NCBI RefSeq assembly: GCF_000143415.4
Contig: NW_003314262.1
Span: forward strand, 5,411,876-5,475,875
DNA from: Selaginella moellendorffii
Taxonomy: Eukaryota > Plantae > Lycopodiophyta
DNA: 64,000 nt
Direction: 5' to 3'
This document shows, one piece after another, positions 11,800 through 22,823 of this stretch. A program made the position numbers and the translations under genes. How positions within the stretch are numbered: the first letter of the stretch is position 1; each line of letters begins with the position of its first letter. The notes under the pieces are model-generated. The model saw only the letters and a program-made list of their open reading frames with translations, did not search any database and was not told the origin of the DNA.

Positions 11800-13551
11800 A
11801 TGATTGCGTCATCCACTAGTATAAAGGTCAATACAAATCTTACTATGGATGAGAGGGCTCATTGTGTAGAGCTTATTAAATCGTGCACAACCATTTACAA
11901 GGCTCTAGAGGTCCACTCCAAGATCCCCAAATCGATCATATCAGACACATACGTTGCCAATCTTTTGATTAAGATGTATTCTCGCTGTGGGAGCTTAGAT
12001 CGCGCGAGGCAAATCTTCGAAAATTTGCTCACAAAGAACGTCTTCACTTGGGCAACGATGCTTTCCTCGTACGCTCACGGAGGGAATCTGGGAGAAGCGA
12101 GGAGGATATTCGACGCCATGCCAGAGAGGGACCTCGTCTCGTGGAATGCGCTGCTGAGCGCATATTCCAAGCTTGGGTATCTGGAAGAGACACGGGCATT
12201 TTTTGACACAATGAAAGAAAAGAATCACGTCTCGTGGAATGCGATGCTGGCTGCGAATATACAACACGGCAGCCTTGAAGATGCAAAAGGTATCTTCGAC
12301 AAGATGCCCGAGTGGGACACGGTATCGTGGACGGCGATGCTCGCGGCATATGCCCAATCTGGGTATATTCTTTTCGCCAAGCAGCTGTTTGACGGGATGC
12401 CCTTCCGGGATTTGGTGACGTGGAACGCAATGCTTTCTGGTTATGTCCAAAGCAAGCATATAGAAAAAGTACTTTCCCTTTTTGATTCCTTCCCGGAACG
12501 AGAGCTAGTCTCGTGTACCACTGTGCTGACTGTATATGCCCAAGCCGGGCATATGGAAGATGCGAAAAGAATCTATAAGGCCATGAAGGAAAGGGATCTG
12601 GTCACCAACAATGCGCTCTTGTGCGGATATTCCCAGTATAAAACCTTGGAAGATACGAAGTGCTTTTACGACAATATGCCTGAGCATGACCATGTCTCTA
12701 AATCTACGATGCTCTCTGCATTTGCCCAAAACGGGTATCTAGAAGAATCTCAGGCACTTTTAATTAGTGTAAAAGAAAATCTTATGGCCCAAACCATCAT
12801 GCTGTGCGCATATGCTGAAGACGGGCGTCTTAGCGATGCAAAAAGAATATTTGATGCGATGCCTGAAAGAGATCTCGTTGCATGGAATGCAATACTCTAC
12901 GCTTATGCCCAAAACGGGCATCAAGAGGCCGCGGCAAGTATATTCCACTCAATGGATGGCCGAGATGCGATTTCCTGGAACGCAATGTTATCGATGTACG
13001 CTTGGCATGGTTTGCTTGCCAAAGCCGAACAAATATTTTACACTATGGAAGAACCAAACATTAGCTCTTGGAATGCTTTGTTAGCGGCATATGCCCAAAG
13101 AGGGCACCACCTTAGAGTTCTTGAAACGTTTCACTCCATGAAAGTTATCAACGATCCCGATGAAATCTCGTGGATTTGCGGACTGCTGGCATGCAGCCAC
13201 GTAGGCAGTGTCAATCTTGGGTGGTGTTTTTACGTATCGCTCAACATCGACTTTGGTATCCAGCCGAGCAAGCAAATCTATAGCTGCATGGTCGATCTTC
13301 TTGGAAGAATGGGATATATGGAAGATGCAGCGGATCTTCTCCACAGCATGCCATTCGTTCCAGATTCGCTGGACTGGACAAGCTTTCTGGGATCATCGAT
13401 TGCGCACAAGGATTTCAAGCGCGGCGTCAATGCAGCTGGGCTTATTCTCAGGCAGTATTCCCACAATGGAGGAGCTTACATTGCTCTTGCAAGCATCTAC
13501 TCATCGAGGCGGAATTTTCAATTGAGCAATAAGGATGCATTTAGTATGTGA
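11800..13551 (+). CDS. PPR protein (PLS class, S/SS-motif array, E domain, no DYW)
   Basis: Intronless 583-aa ORF with 31-aa repeats (RDLVSWNALLSAY) followed by ACSHVG..YSCMVDLLGRMG..MPFVPD. Confidence 0.93.
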   Translation: MIASSTSIKVNTNLTMDERAHCVELIKSCTTIYKALEVHSKIPKSIISDTYVANLLIKMYSRCGSLDRARQIFENLLTKNVFTWATMLSSYAHGGNLGEARRIFDAMPERDLVSWNALLSAYSKLGYLEETRAFFDTMKEKNHVSWNAMLAANIQHGSLEDAKGIFDKMPEWDTVSWTAMLAAYAQSGYILFAKQLFDGMPFRDLVTWNAMLSGYVQSKHIEKVLSLFDSFPERELVSCTTVLTVYAQAGHMEDAKRIYKAMKERDLVTNNALLCGYSQYKTLEDTKCFYDNMPEHDHVSKSTMLSAFAQNGYLEESQALLISVKENLMAQTIMLCAYAEDGRLSDAKRIFDAMPERDLVAWNAILYAYAQNGHQEAAASIFHSMDGRDAISWNAMLSMYAWHGLLAKAEQIFYTMEEPNISSWNALLAAYAQRGHHLRVLETFHSMKVINDPDEISWICGLLACSHVGSVNLGWCFYVSLNIDFGIQPSKQIYSCMVDLLGRMGYMEDAADLLHSMPFVPDSLDWTSFLGSSIAHKDFKRGVNAAGLILRQYSHNGGAYIALASIYSSRRNFQLSNKDAFSM

Positions 13552-13612
13552 CTGCCAAAAGTTCAAGTAAATAGTTTTCGGGAAAAAATTCTTGTTTGAT
13601 TTTGAGAAAAGA

Positions 13613-15790
13613 ATGAATGAGAGAATTCTAAGTCGCGAGGAAATCTTCAATACTGTGAGGTCATGCAAAACTCTCTCGTCTGTCAATGCAGTCCATGCTC
13701 AAATTCAACCAGCAGGCCATGCTAATGACGTCTTTCTCTGGAATCTTCTCATAGATGCATACGGGAGATTTGGTGACGCTGTGTCTGCTAGAAAGATTTT
13801 TGGCAATCTTGCCAGTAAGAACATATACTCATGGTCTTTGATGCTCTCGGCATATGCCCGCAATGAGCATCTTGACTTGGCTGAGGAGGTATATGCTGCA
13901 ATGCCTGAATGGAATCTTGTGTGCTGGAACACACTCCTCACGGCTTACAAGCAGCATTCGCGTGTGGAATCGGCAAAGCTTCTCTTTGATTCCATCCAAG
14001 AAAGAACCCTCATGTCGTGGAATCTTCTCTTAACGGCATATACCCAAAACAGGTATCTTAAAGAGGCTAAGCTTCTCTTTGACAAAATGCCCGAGTGGGA
14101 TCAAGTATCGTTTACGTCTATGCTGACTGGCTATGTCCGTACCTCAGACATTGGCCAAGCCAAAGCTCTGTACGAAAGAATGCCGTACTGGGACTTGGTA
14201 GTGTCAACAGCCATGCTCTCTGCATATTCTCTGGCAGGGCATCTGGAAGATGCGGAGAGCATTTTCTACAGGATGCAAGAGTGGAATCTCGTGTCTTGGA
14301 ACGCAATTTTATCAGCATATTCTCGGCATGGCCATCTAGACGTTGCAAGGAAAATCTTTGATGGCATGAGAGAGAGGAATATCATATCTTGGAACGCCTT
14401 GCTCTCGGCATATGCCCTCAAAGGCCATGTCAAGCAAGCCAAGCTAGTTTTTGAGTCCATGCTTGAGTGGAATTTAATTTCCTGGACTACAATGTTGACG
14501 GGGTATTGTCTAAACGGCTGCCTAGAAGAAGCCAAGCTTGTTTTCGACAGTATGAAAGAACGAGATTTGGTATCGTGGAATGCCATGCTCTCGGGATATT
14601 CCCTAAATGGGCATTTGTCTCTGGCCGTAGATCTCTTTCACAGAATGAACGAATGGGATCTCGTGTCGTGGAACACGCTGCTCACTGCGTACGTACAGTC
14701 CGGAGGCATAGATGATGCGAAGATTCTCTTTGACTCAATGCCCGCGAGAGACATCGTTTCGTGGAACGCAATCCTTGCCGCTTTTGCCCAGCGAGGGGAT
14801 CTGTACAAAGCGAAAGAAGTGTACGATGCAATGAAAGTGCACGGACTGATCCCGTGTACGACCCTGATCACCGCGTACGGAGAGACTGGGAATCTCGAAG
14901 AATCGAAAGGTATCTTTGCTTCTATGCCCCAACAGGACCTTGCATCGCACAACTCATTGCTCTCCGCATTTGCCCAGAACGGGCATTTGGAGGAGGCCAA
15001 GGCACTGTTTGACACAATGCGGGAGTGGAACCTGGTGTCGTACACCGCGCTGCTAAACGGCCACGCCCTGTACGGCAGCCTGGACGAGGCGCGGCGGGTG
15101 TTTGACTCGATGCACGACCACGACCTCGTCGCGTTGACCTCGATGATCTCGGCGTACTCGGTCAACGGGCACGTACGGGAGGCGGCGGCGCTGTTCAAGA
15201 GCATGCACGAGAGGAATCTATTTACGTGGAACGCAATGCTATCCGCATATGCCCGAAACGGGCATATACTGAAGGCGAAGGAACTGTTCGATGGAATGCC
15301 GGAGCATGACTTGATCGCTTGGAACGCCCTCCTTGTCGGCTACGCTCAAGCTGGCGAATTCGATCTCGCATCGCAATCCTTCCGCGAGATGAGCGCGGTG
15401 GCGATGCCGGACGAGAGCTGCTTTGTTTGCGGCTTGCTGGCTTGCAGCCACGCCGGAGACGCTGCATCCTGCTTGAGCCTGTTCGTGTCGATGGCGTTTG
15501 ATTTCGGGAGGATCCCGGCCAAGCAGCACTACTCGCTCATGGTTGACGCGCTCTGTCGATCGGGTTACCTCAAGGAGGCCGAGGATCTGATCCAGAGCAT
15601 GCCCTTTGTTCCCGACGAGGTGGATTGGAAGTGCGTCCTCGCTGCGAGATCGAGGCAAAAGACGAGCAAGAACTCGCGACTCGACCAGGCGTTTGCATCA
15701 AAGAGGGTTCTCGAGCTGGATCCACAAAACCCAGCCGGGTATGTCTTCCTTGCGATCAACATGGAGAACGCGGCTATCTCAAGCTTGTAA
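13613..15790 (+). CDS. PPR protein (PLS class, long S/SS-motif array, E domain, no DYW)
   Basis: Intronless ORF, first ATG at 13613; about 19-20 31-aa repeats, then ACSHAG..HYSLMVDALCRSG..ELDPQNPAGYVFL. Confidence 0.93.
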   Translation: MNERILSREEIFNTVRSCKTLSSVNAVHAQIQPAGHANDVFLWNLLIDAYGRFGDAVSARKIFGNLASKNIYSWSLMLSAYARNEHLDLAEEVYAAMPEWNLVCWNTLLTAYKQHSRVESAKLLFDSIQERTLMSWNLLLTAYTQNRYLKEAKLLFDKMPEWDQVSFTSMLTGYVRTSDIGQAKALYERMPYWDLVVSTAMLSAYSLAGHLEDAESIFYRMQEWNLVSWNAILSAYSRHGHLDVARKIFDGMRERNIISWNALLSAYALKGHVKQAKLVFESMLEWNLISWTTMLTGYCLNGCLEEAKLVFDSMKERDLVSWNAMLSGYSLNGHLSLAVDLFHRMNEWDLVSWNTLLTAYVQSGGIDDAKILFDSMPARDIVSWNAILAAFAQRGDLYKAKEVYDAMKVHGLIPCTTLITAYGETGNLEESKGIFASMPQQDLASHNSLLSAFAQNGHLEEAKALFDTMREWNLVSYTALLNGHALYGSLDEARRVFDSMHDHDLVALTSMISAYSVNGHVREAAALFKSMHERNLFTWNAMLSAYARNGHILKAKELFDGMPEHDLIAWNALLVGYAQAGEFDLASQSFREMSAVAMPDESCFVCGLLACSHAGDAASCLSLFVSMAFDFGRIPAKQHYSLMVDALCRSGYLKEAEDLIQSMPFVPDEVDWKCVLAARSRQKTSKNSRLDQAFASKRVLELDPQNPAGYVFLAINMENAAISSL

Positions 15791-15878
15791 GCACATAGAA
15801 CAATCGAATCGATAACTTACTATAACACATTTATGAGATTGATGGTACAAATCCAAGGAAGCGTTGTCCCAGAGAATT

Positions 15879-17087
15879 TCAGCTCTCTTTCAGCGCGAAG
15901 CTTGCGGTGGAGCAAATTGCGCCGGCACTGGCAGCCAGAGTGACTGTCTGGTTGATCTGAGACTCACTGCTTCACTCAAATGGTGTTAGAAAAGATCTCT
16001 AATGCGAGTGTGAGATGTCTCACCTTAGAACAGGCGGAGGAGCGCTCAGCTGTTGCGATAAGTGATGAACGCGACCGGCAAACTTCTCTATGTCAAAATT
16101 CTCGTCGGGTGGAGCGACGCAGTGTCTTTGCATCTCTTGGACTTTCCTAATGGTGTTTTCCTGCAGGGAAAGCAAAACAAGCTCGTGGTGAGATAGAACT
16201 CATAGATAGATAGATAGTTCACGGAATGAGAATCGATTGGACTCACCAGCTTGGAGCCCTCTGCCGCAAGAGTAGCGTCCATGTTCAGAAACATTTGCAT
16301 CCATTGACCGTCCCGTCCGATGTGACCGGAAACAATGACGCCGCGAACATTTCTCCTGCTTCTTTTCAAGGCTGGGAAGAAAAACGAAAGCACAGAAAAT
16401 CACGATCCATCCCACGTTACAGAAATAAAGTAGCTGACCAGCTAGTCGTCCCTTCAAGTCGAGGTGGAGAAGCTCCAGCCAGCGAGATGCTACACTCACG
16501 GCTGCACAAAATGCGAGAAGAAAAAAGGAAGAGAAGTTTAGCACCTTTACGAAGCAACAAGAACACCATCGCCAAACATACCTGCGCTTGCGAACAATGG
16601 TGTCACAGCGGCCGCAGAAACATAGTTGTTATCCTCCGGTTTCCTCTTCCTAGAACTAATTTGCGCCAAAGGGAAAGAATTCTCCTTGTCATGGCCCTTG
16701 TTGTCATCTTCTTCTCCTTCTCTACTTTGATCCCTTGCTACATTCGACTTCTCGCCGCTGGAGCAAGACTCCAGCGCCAGGAACAGCAAATCCATACTGC
16801 TACCGCCTTCAGACTGCGTCACGAGAGCCAGGGTTGTATGGAATCGAATCGATCCCAATCTAAATCCAAGAGCTTACCAGTGGCGCGAGAGGCTTTCTTG
16901 CCGCAGTGTTGACAGTATTGACGCAGCAGCTCGCCAGTGGCTTCATCCGCTCGCCGTGCACGCCATCGTCTTCCTCGTCGCTCTCCACGGCGATGCGGCT
17001 GCTCGCTCGAGGCCGAGATCTCTCTCGCCTGGCCACCGAATGGAGGCGATTCGAGCGGCCCCCAGCAATGCCAGCAGCAGCCACCAT
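15879..17087 (-). CDS. Conserved-looking plant protein of unknown function, multi-exon
   Basis: Exons join to give VASRWLELLHLDLKGRLAALKRSRR..WMQMFLNMD..EGSKLENTIRKVQEMQRHC..LAASAGAICSTASF. Canonical splice sites. Confidence 0.65.
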
Positions 17088-17324
17088 AGCCTCGCGCCTG
17101 GAAGACCAACCCTAGCAAAGGGAATGCGCGCCAGAACGCTAAACCCTAGCCTGGGGAGCGCGTATCAAAATCTAGCCGCCACTAGAGGGAACTCATTTCA
17201 AATGCTGCTGTGAGGGAAACCGGCTACTGGCGGTGATGGTGACCGGATGTGCCGGTAAAAGAAACGGAATCAAATGGTATATTCTCAAGTGTTCTCATGA
17301 AGTTTTAGGGTTTGTGAAGGGGCG

Positions 17325-18188
17325 ATGGGCGACTTCAAGTTCCCATATTTCTTTGATTATCCGCCTTACTTCACGTAATCGTGTGATTTCTCTGTTGCTC
17401 GTGTGCGCCTTACCAAGATTTGTTTTTTTTTTCTGGATTTTTTTCTACTTTTTTTCTTGATGAAAGATTGCAGCCGGTCCAAGACACAAGAGAAAAGCAA
17501 ATGCAGCTATGGAAGGAGCTCATTCTCAGGTATTGCCAACACCACAAGTGTTTCATCATCAATCTAGAACAGGAGTTCCCTCTATTCCAGAATTTGAGCA
17601 TCCAGAGTATGTCTCTTCGCTCTTCTTTTGCTTTTTCCTCAAGATGTTCTTGTGGTTTCTCGTGATTGATCACAGGAAAACTTAGTTTTGAAGCTCGAGA
17701 GGTGTTTCTAGCAGCTCTGGTTGCCGAAGGTATGTTCCTCTTTATTTTTCTTCTTGAGTTCTCTCATTTCACTTTTACAAACACAGGGAAAGCCGAGTGG
17801 CTCGACAAAGCACATAAGAAGTGCCTCGTTCTCTGGCGGTCGATTCAGGAGTGGAGTGAGATGATCTTGCAGCTTGTAAGCCAACCTTCTTTGGTGTTCG
17901 CTTTGCTAAGATCGTTTCTTCACAGGTTAGAGACAATGCAATGGAGGATGGAGTGCTAACACTCGACGAGATCCAGTCTGGAGATGAAAGCCGTGGAACT
18001 GGTAAGGAGTTTTGCCATTAGTTTTGCGATCTCCTCGGTTTCTTTTTTGCTTCATCCACGCAGAGCTAGCTGGGATCGATCGTTTCGTGCTGGTGCGAGC
18101 ACTGAAGCTCCTCGAGCAACGCGGCAAAGCGGCCATGTTTAAAGGCAAGGCTGGAGACGACGAGGGCGTCAAATTCAGTGCTTCATAG
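17325..18188 (+). CDS. VPS25: ESCRT-II subunit VPS25
   Basis: MGDFKFPYFFDYPPYFT|LQPVQDTREKQMQLWKELI..GKAEWLDK..DDEGVKF, including the PPxY/F motif. Confidence 0.95.
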
Positions 18189-18377
18189 CGTTTGCCAGGA
18201 AAAAAACAAATTAAAAAAAGGAATTATTAATTAAAGACACAAAAAAATCGTTTAGAAAAAAGGACCCTTTCCATAAAAAGGTGGTAAGGGTTCATTCATT
18301 ATTTCCCTTTTGGTTAGCCTAGTATAAATAGGGGAGAAACATTAGCCGTATCCTAAAGAAAAGAGAGAAAAGAGAGC

Positions 18378-19711
18378 ATGGAATCCTTTGGAGCTTACAC
18401 AGTTGGGGCAGAGCTGGAGCGTGAGGCCTACTGGCCAGAAGCCAAGCTCCGGATTTGCATCACCGGTGCTGGAGGATTCATAGCATCGCACATCGCACGG
18501 CGGCTCAAAGCCGAGGGCCACTATATAATTGCCTCCGATTGGAAGAAGAACGAACACATGAGCGAGGATATGTTCTGCCATGAGTTCCATCTCGTGGATC
18601 TGCGCGTCATGGACAACTGCATGGTTGTGACGAGGGGCGCGGATCACGTCTTCAATCTCGCGGCCGACATGGGCGGGATGGGTTTCATCCAGTCGAATCA
18701 CTCGGTCATCCTTTTCAACAATACCATGATCAGCTTCAACATGCTCGAGGCCTCCCGAATCAATGGAGTCAAAAGGTGTGGATTCTTCTTTTGTTCCGAG
18801 AATTTGGAGCTCACTTTTCCTTTTGGCTTGCAGATTCTTTTACGCGTCCAGCGCATGCATTTATCCAGAGTTCAAACAGCTAGAAACGAACGTGAGTCTC
18901 AAGGAAGGCGATGCATGGCCGGCAGAGGTATGTGAAAGAAAGAAATCCTTTCTTTCTGATCTGGAAGTTCTAAAACTCTTGTTTTCCTTGCAGCCCCAAG
19001 ATGCCTATGGGCTGGAGAAGCTGTGCACGGAAGAGCTGTGCAAGCACTACACCAAGGATTTTGGAATCGAGTGCCGGATTGGGCGCTTCCACAACATCTA
19101 CGGGCCTTTTGGTACCTGGAAAGGTGAGCTTAGATTCTTGGAACTTCCTTTTTCTTCTCTTGCTCGAAGCTTAGAGTGTGATGGGTGACTGACAAATCGA
19201 TCTCACAGGCGGACGAGAGAAGGCTCCAGCCGCGTTTTGTCGCAAGGCCTTGACTTCCACCGACAAATTCGAGATGTGGGGCGATGGTATGCAGACGCGA
19301 TCCTTCACGTTCATCGACGAGTGCGTGGAAGGCGTCTTGCGACTCACCAAGTCCGACTTCCGGGAGCCGCTCAACATCGGCAGCGACGAGATGGTGAGCA
19401 TGAACGAGATGGCGGAGATGATCCTGGGCTTTGAAAACAAGCAAATTCCAATCCAGCACATCCCCGGGCCGGAGGGAGTCCGCGGAAGGAACTCGGACAA
19501 CAGTCTGATCAAGGAGAAGCTGGGCTGGGCTCCCTCGATGCGACTGAGAGATGGGCTGCGAATCACCTACATGTGGATCAAGGAGCAACTTGAAAAGGAG
19601 ATGGCGGAGGGATCACACGACTTGGCGGCAGCTTACAGCTCCTCCAAGGTTGTGGGAACTCAAGCTCCAGTCCAGCTCGGCTCACTCAGGAAGGCCGATG
19701 GAAAGGAGTGA
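18378..19711 (+). CDS. GME: GDP-D-mannose 3',5'-epimerase
   Basis: ITGAGGFIASHIARRLK, FNLAADMGGMGFIQSNH, PQDAYGLEK, C-terminus VQLGSLRKADGKE; 3 introns. Confidence 0.97.
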
Positions 19712-19789
19712 TGAATCCCATATACAATAGTGTGACTTGCATAGTTTTCTTACAAAGAAATACAGAAAGTTGACTAAAATTTGACTGTT

Positions 19790-20172
19790 CTAAGAAACCA
19801 CTTCTAAATGTAATTCTAACTCGCCTTGGGGATAGTATATCTCATCAGTGAAGTCATATCTGCTTCTCCACTAAGAATCTACGAAGAAATCCATTTTTTA
19901 TCTGGTAAAAAGGAGAGAATAGATGCGCTTTACCTGAAGAGATTGTTGTTTCAATAGGATTTTATGACACTCGTCACTTGAACGTCATGTAGCATTCTCC
20001 ACACATGCTTACGTTGAATATCATGGTGCCTGAGAGCTGCGATCTTGGATAGGGATAGAAACAAGCAAGAACAAATGGAAACTCCCACGAGTTCATCTTG
20101 TTGGGGAGCTAGAAGTGGGATGCTTTGCATTCGCTCCATGATCGGCTTCTCGAACTTTGGACCTAAGGTCCT
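19790..20172 (-). pseudogene. Decayed partial duplicate of the 3' half of the AlkB-like gene
   Basis: PKFEKPIMERMQSIPLLA, SMCGECYMTFK* and SRYDFT match 20427-20940, with deletions and stops. Confidence 0.85.
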
Positions 20173-20426
20173 GCATTGATATTCGACCATTGTTTGTGTT
20201 GCGAAAAAGGTCCCATACGTCCTCATCTTTGTAACTCTGAAGCATCCAAGAACAATGTATCATTGCCTGCATTCTTTTTAGTTAAAAGTTACTATATTCA
20301 ATTTCTCTCTTAAATTTGAAGAACTTTTGCAACGATACAAATAAATATGTACATAACAGCTCCTCCAAGGTTGTGGGAACTCATAGAATAAATACCATAT
20401 ACAATTGTGTGACTTGCATTTCTTGC

Positions 20427-21692
20427 TTAAGAAATCACCTCTCTAAACGTGATACTAACTCTCCTCGGTGATAGCAAGTCCCGGTTCTCAATCTCATGTG
20501 TGAAGTTATATCTACTATCTCCGGTAAGTATCTAGAACAAGAGAAGTAAAAAATCCGATAAAATAGAAGGCAAAAGCTTTGACTTACCTGTAGAGATCGT
20601 TGCTTTAATCGGATTTTGTGGCACTCATACGCACCCCTTTCTCGCTTGAACGTCATGTAGCATTCTCCACACATGCTTAAGTTGACGATCAAGGTGCCTG
20701 AGAGCTAAAAACACTTGTGATCTTGAATAGGCAACAAGCAAGAACAAATGAAAGACAGCTGGAAAGGATTGAGAGAACCTGGCGATCATCGACGTGAGGC
20801 CGCAGGAAGTGTCCGGATTCCCTGATATACTCCAGCGAGTTCATCTCGTTGGGGAAGAACTCGGCTAGAAGTGGGATGCTTCGCATTCGCTCCATGATCG
20901 GCTCCAGGACGTGTGGCATCTCAAACTTTGGAGCTAAGATTTTCCTGTGAACAAAAGCATTGATCTCCACAAATCTAAGACCAAAGAAAAACTCGGAAAA
21001 CACAAGAAAAGGAAAAGAACAAACCTTTTGCCTAGAGCCATCACAAGGCCGTAAGACTTGCCATTGTTTAAGCCAGTGAAACTGTAAGGCTTCCAGAGAT
21101 TCCTAGCATCCGAATCCATTGCAAAGATGAGCTTCTCTTCTTCCTGGGAGATCAGGTGCGTCAAGAGAAAATCGTCCAAATTCAAGGCTCACCTCGCAAG
21201 ATATAAAGTTTTCAACGAGCTGGTATCCATTCATAACGGAGGGTTTGGGCTGGACACGCGAAGAAGAAAGTGCCACGAACACCGACGAACAAGAAGCTTG
21301 CTCGTCGAGACAAATGGTTTCGTCTCTTCCTGCCGATAGTAAAAACTTGAGCCCAAGTTGAGAAGAAAAAAAAAGAAAAAGAAAACAAGAGACTTGCCAG
21401 TGAGAGGTATTTGCTTTTGAGACGCATTTCTAGCGGGCTTGCAATCCAGATCCAGATGCACATTTATCAGTGTGGTAGCCACCTTGAGCTGATAAACAAA
21501 ATGTGATGAGTATTTGGACAATTTACTTAGAATTCATCAACCTGGATACTACCAAAAGAGAAATAAACTAAGAACCTGGCAAGCTGGGCACTCAACAAAG
21601 GACGATGCCCCGGTGTTGACAAGCCTCTGTTGCTGCGATGACGATTTCTTGAGCGCCCTCTTCTTGGGAGCTACCTTGCTAGTCGGCCGCAT
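20427..21692 (-). CDS. AlkB-family 2OG-Fe(II) dioxygenase with N-terminal UBZ (Rad18-type) zinc finger
   Basis: VECPACQ|LKVATTLINVHLDLDC; GYQLVENFISCE|EEEKL; LEY..LRPHVDD (HxD); RYNFTHEI (H); RRVSITFR (RxxxxxR). Confidence 0.82.
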
Positions 21693-21940
21693 CGCCTAGA
21701 GCCCTAAATTCTTGTGCATTTGAAACAAATGTGAGGCATGGAAGAAAACATCCATCCAAGCCGTGGAGGCACTTAAGGAAACAAATTCTTTGCTCAAGTC
21801 CAAGCCAGCACAGGCAGTTGTAGAAGGACAACGAGCCCATGGATATTGAACAACAATCTATGTTGAATAAAAAATATAGTTTTGGAGAGTATTTGCATTG
21901 TTTTGAATTATCTTTGTGACAGATCAAATAAAATAAATAA

Positions 21941-22011
21941 GCACTGCTGGTCTAGTGGTAGAATAGTTCCCTGCCACGGAACAGACCCGGGTTCGATTCC
22001 CGGGCAGTGCA
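21941..22011 (+). tRNA. tRNA-Gly (GCC)
   Basis: 71-nt cloverleaf: acceptor GCACTGC/GCAGTGC, anticodon arm GTTCC-CTGCCAC-GGAAC, T arm CCGGG-TTCGATT-CCCGG. Confidence 0.97.
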
Positions 22012-22823
22012 GGTCACATTGCATAGTCTTGTTTTCGGGCAGTTTTCCAGTGGTTGTTGCGAAACATTAACAAATGTGAAAATGTGGCCTACAGCTGCAT
22101 CCATGAGAAGAAAAAGGAGAACAAAAGCTCAGTCGGTCAATCCCCGCGCAGTCTTGTATGCTGCTCTGCAGCTGCATCACGTACGCAATGCGACAAGGAA
22201 GAAAACAATGGCACACATAACCGCACGTCGGCTTAATCGATATACTTTCTCGCTTTCAATGCAAGCAGCATAGAAAAATGCATGAGAGCAAACAGGAGAG
22301 GCACTCCTTCCACATGCACTCCACGCCAGAAAAGCACGGCAAATGCAAGCATTCGAACAAGAGAAAGGCTGCAAATTTCCAAGCAAACCAGCGACAAGCC
22401 CTCACAGGCGGACTGACTATGAGCAAGTTGCAACACAGCGCAGCATAGGAAACAAAAAAAAGAGGACAGAATATAAAAACAATCAGCGAGAGAGTAATAA
22501 GAAATAGAGACATACACTACCTATTGTTATATGTTACATCATCCCAGTCTTCTTCACGCAGTACAGGAGAGGAGAAAAAAATAATATCTGTAAAGAGAAA
22601 GGCACAATCAGAAAGAGGTTTGACAACGTCGTAATTAATGCGTAACATCGCAGTCACAGGCACAGGCACTTGCGTGGAGTACAAGCGGGAGATGCGACGA
22701 GTGGAGGGAATATATGATCGGGATCCACACGGAAGCACAACAGGAACGCACAACAGGAAGCATGAAAGATGGAAAGAAAGCAATCAGTCGATATAAGTAC
22801 CTTAGAAGTTGCGTCGTTTAGAG

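Noticed and set aside
11995-15815. Antisense and alternative-frame ORFs over the PPR genes
   Set aside because: Shadows of long repetitive coding sequence.
22012-22120. C/D snoRNA (snoR43-like) behind tRNA-Gly
   Set aside because: No RUGAUGA C box or terminal CUGA D box.
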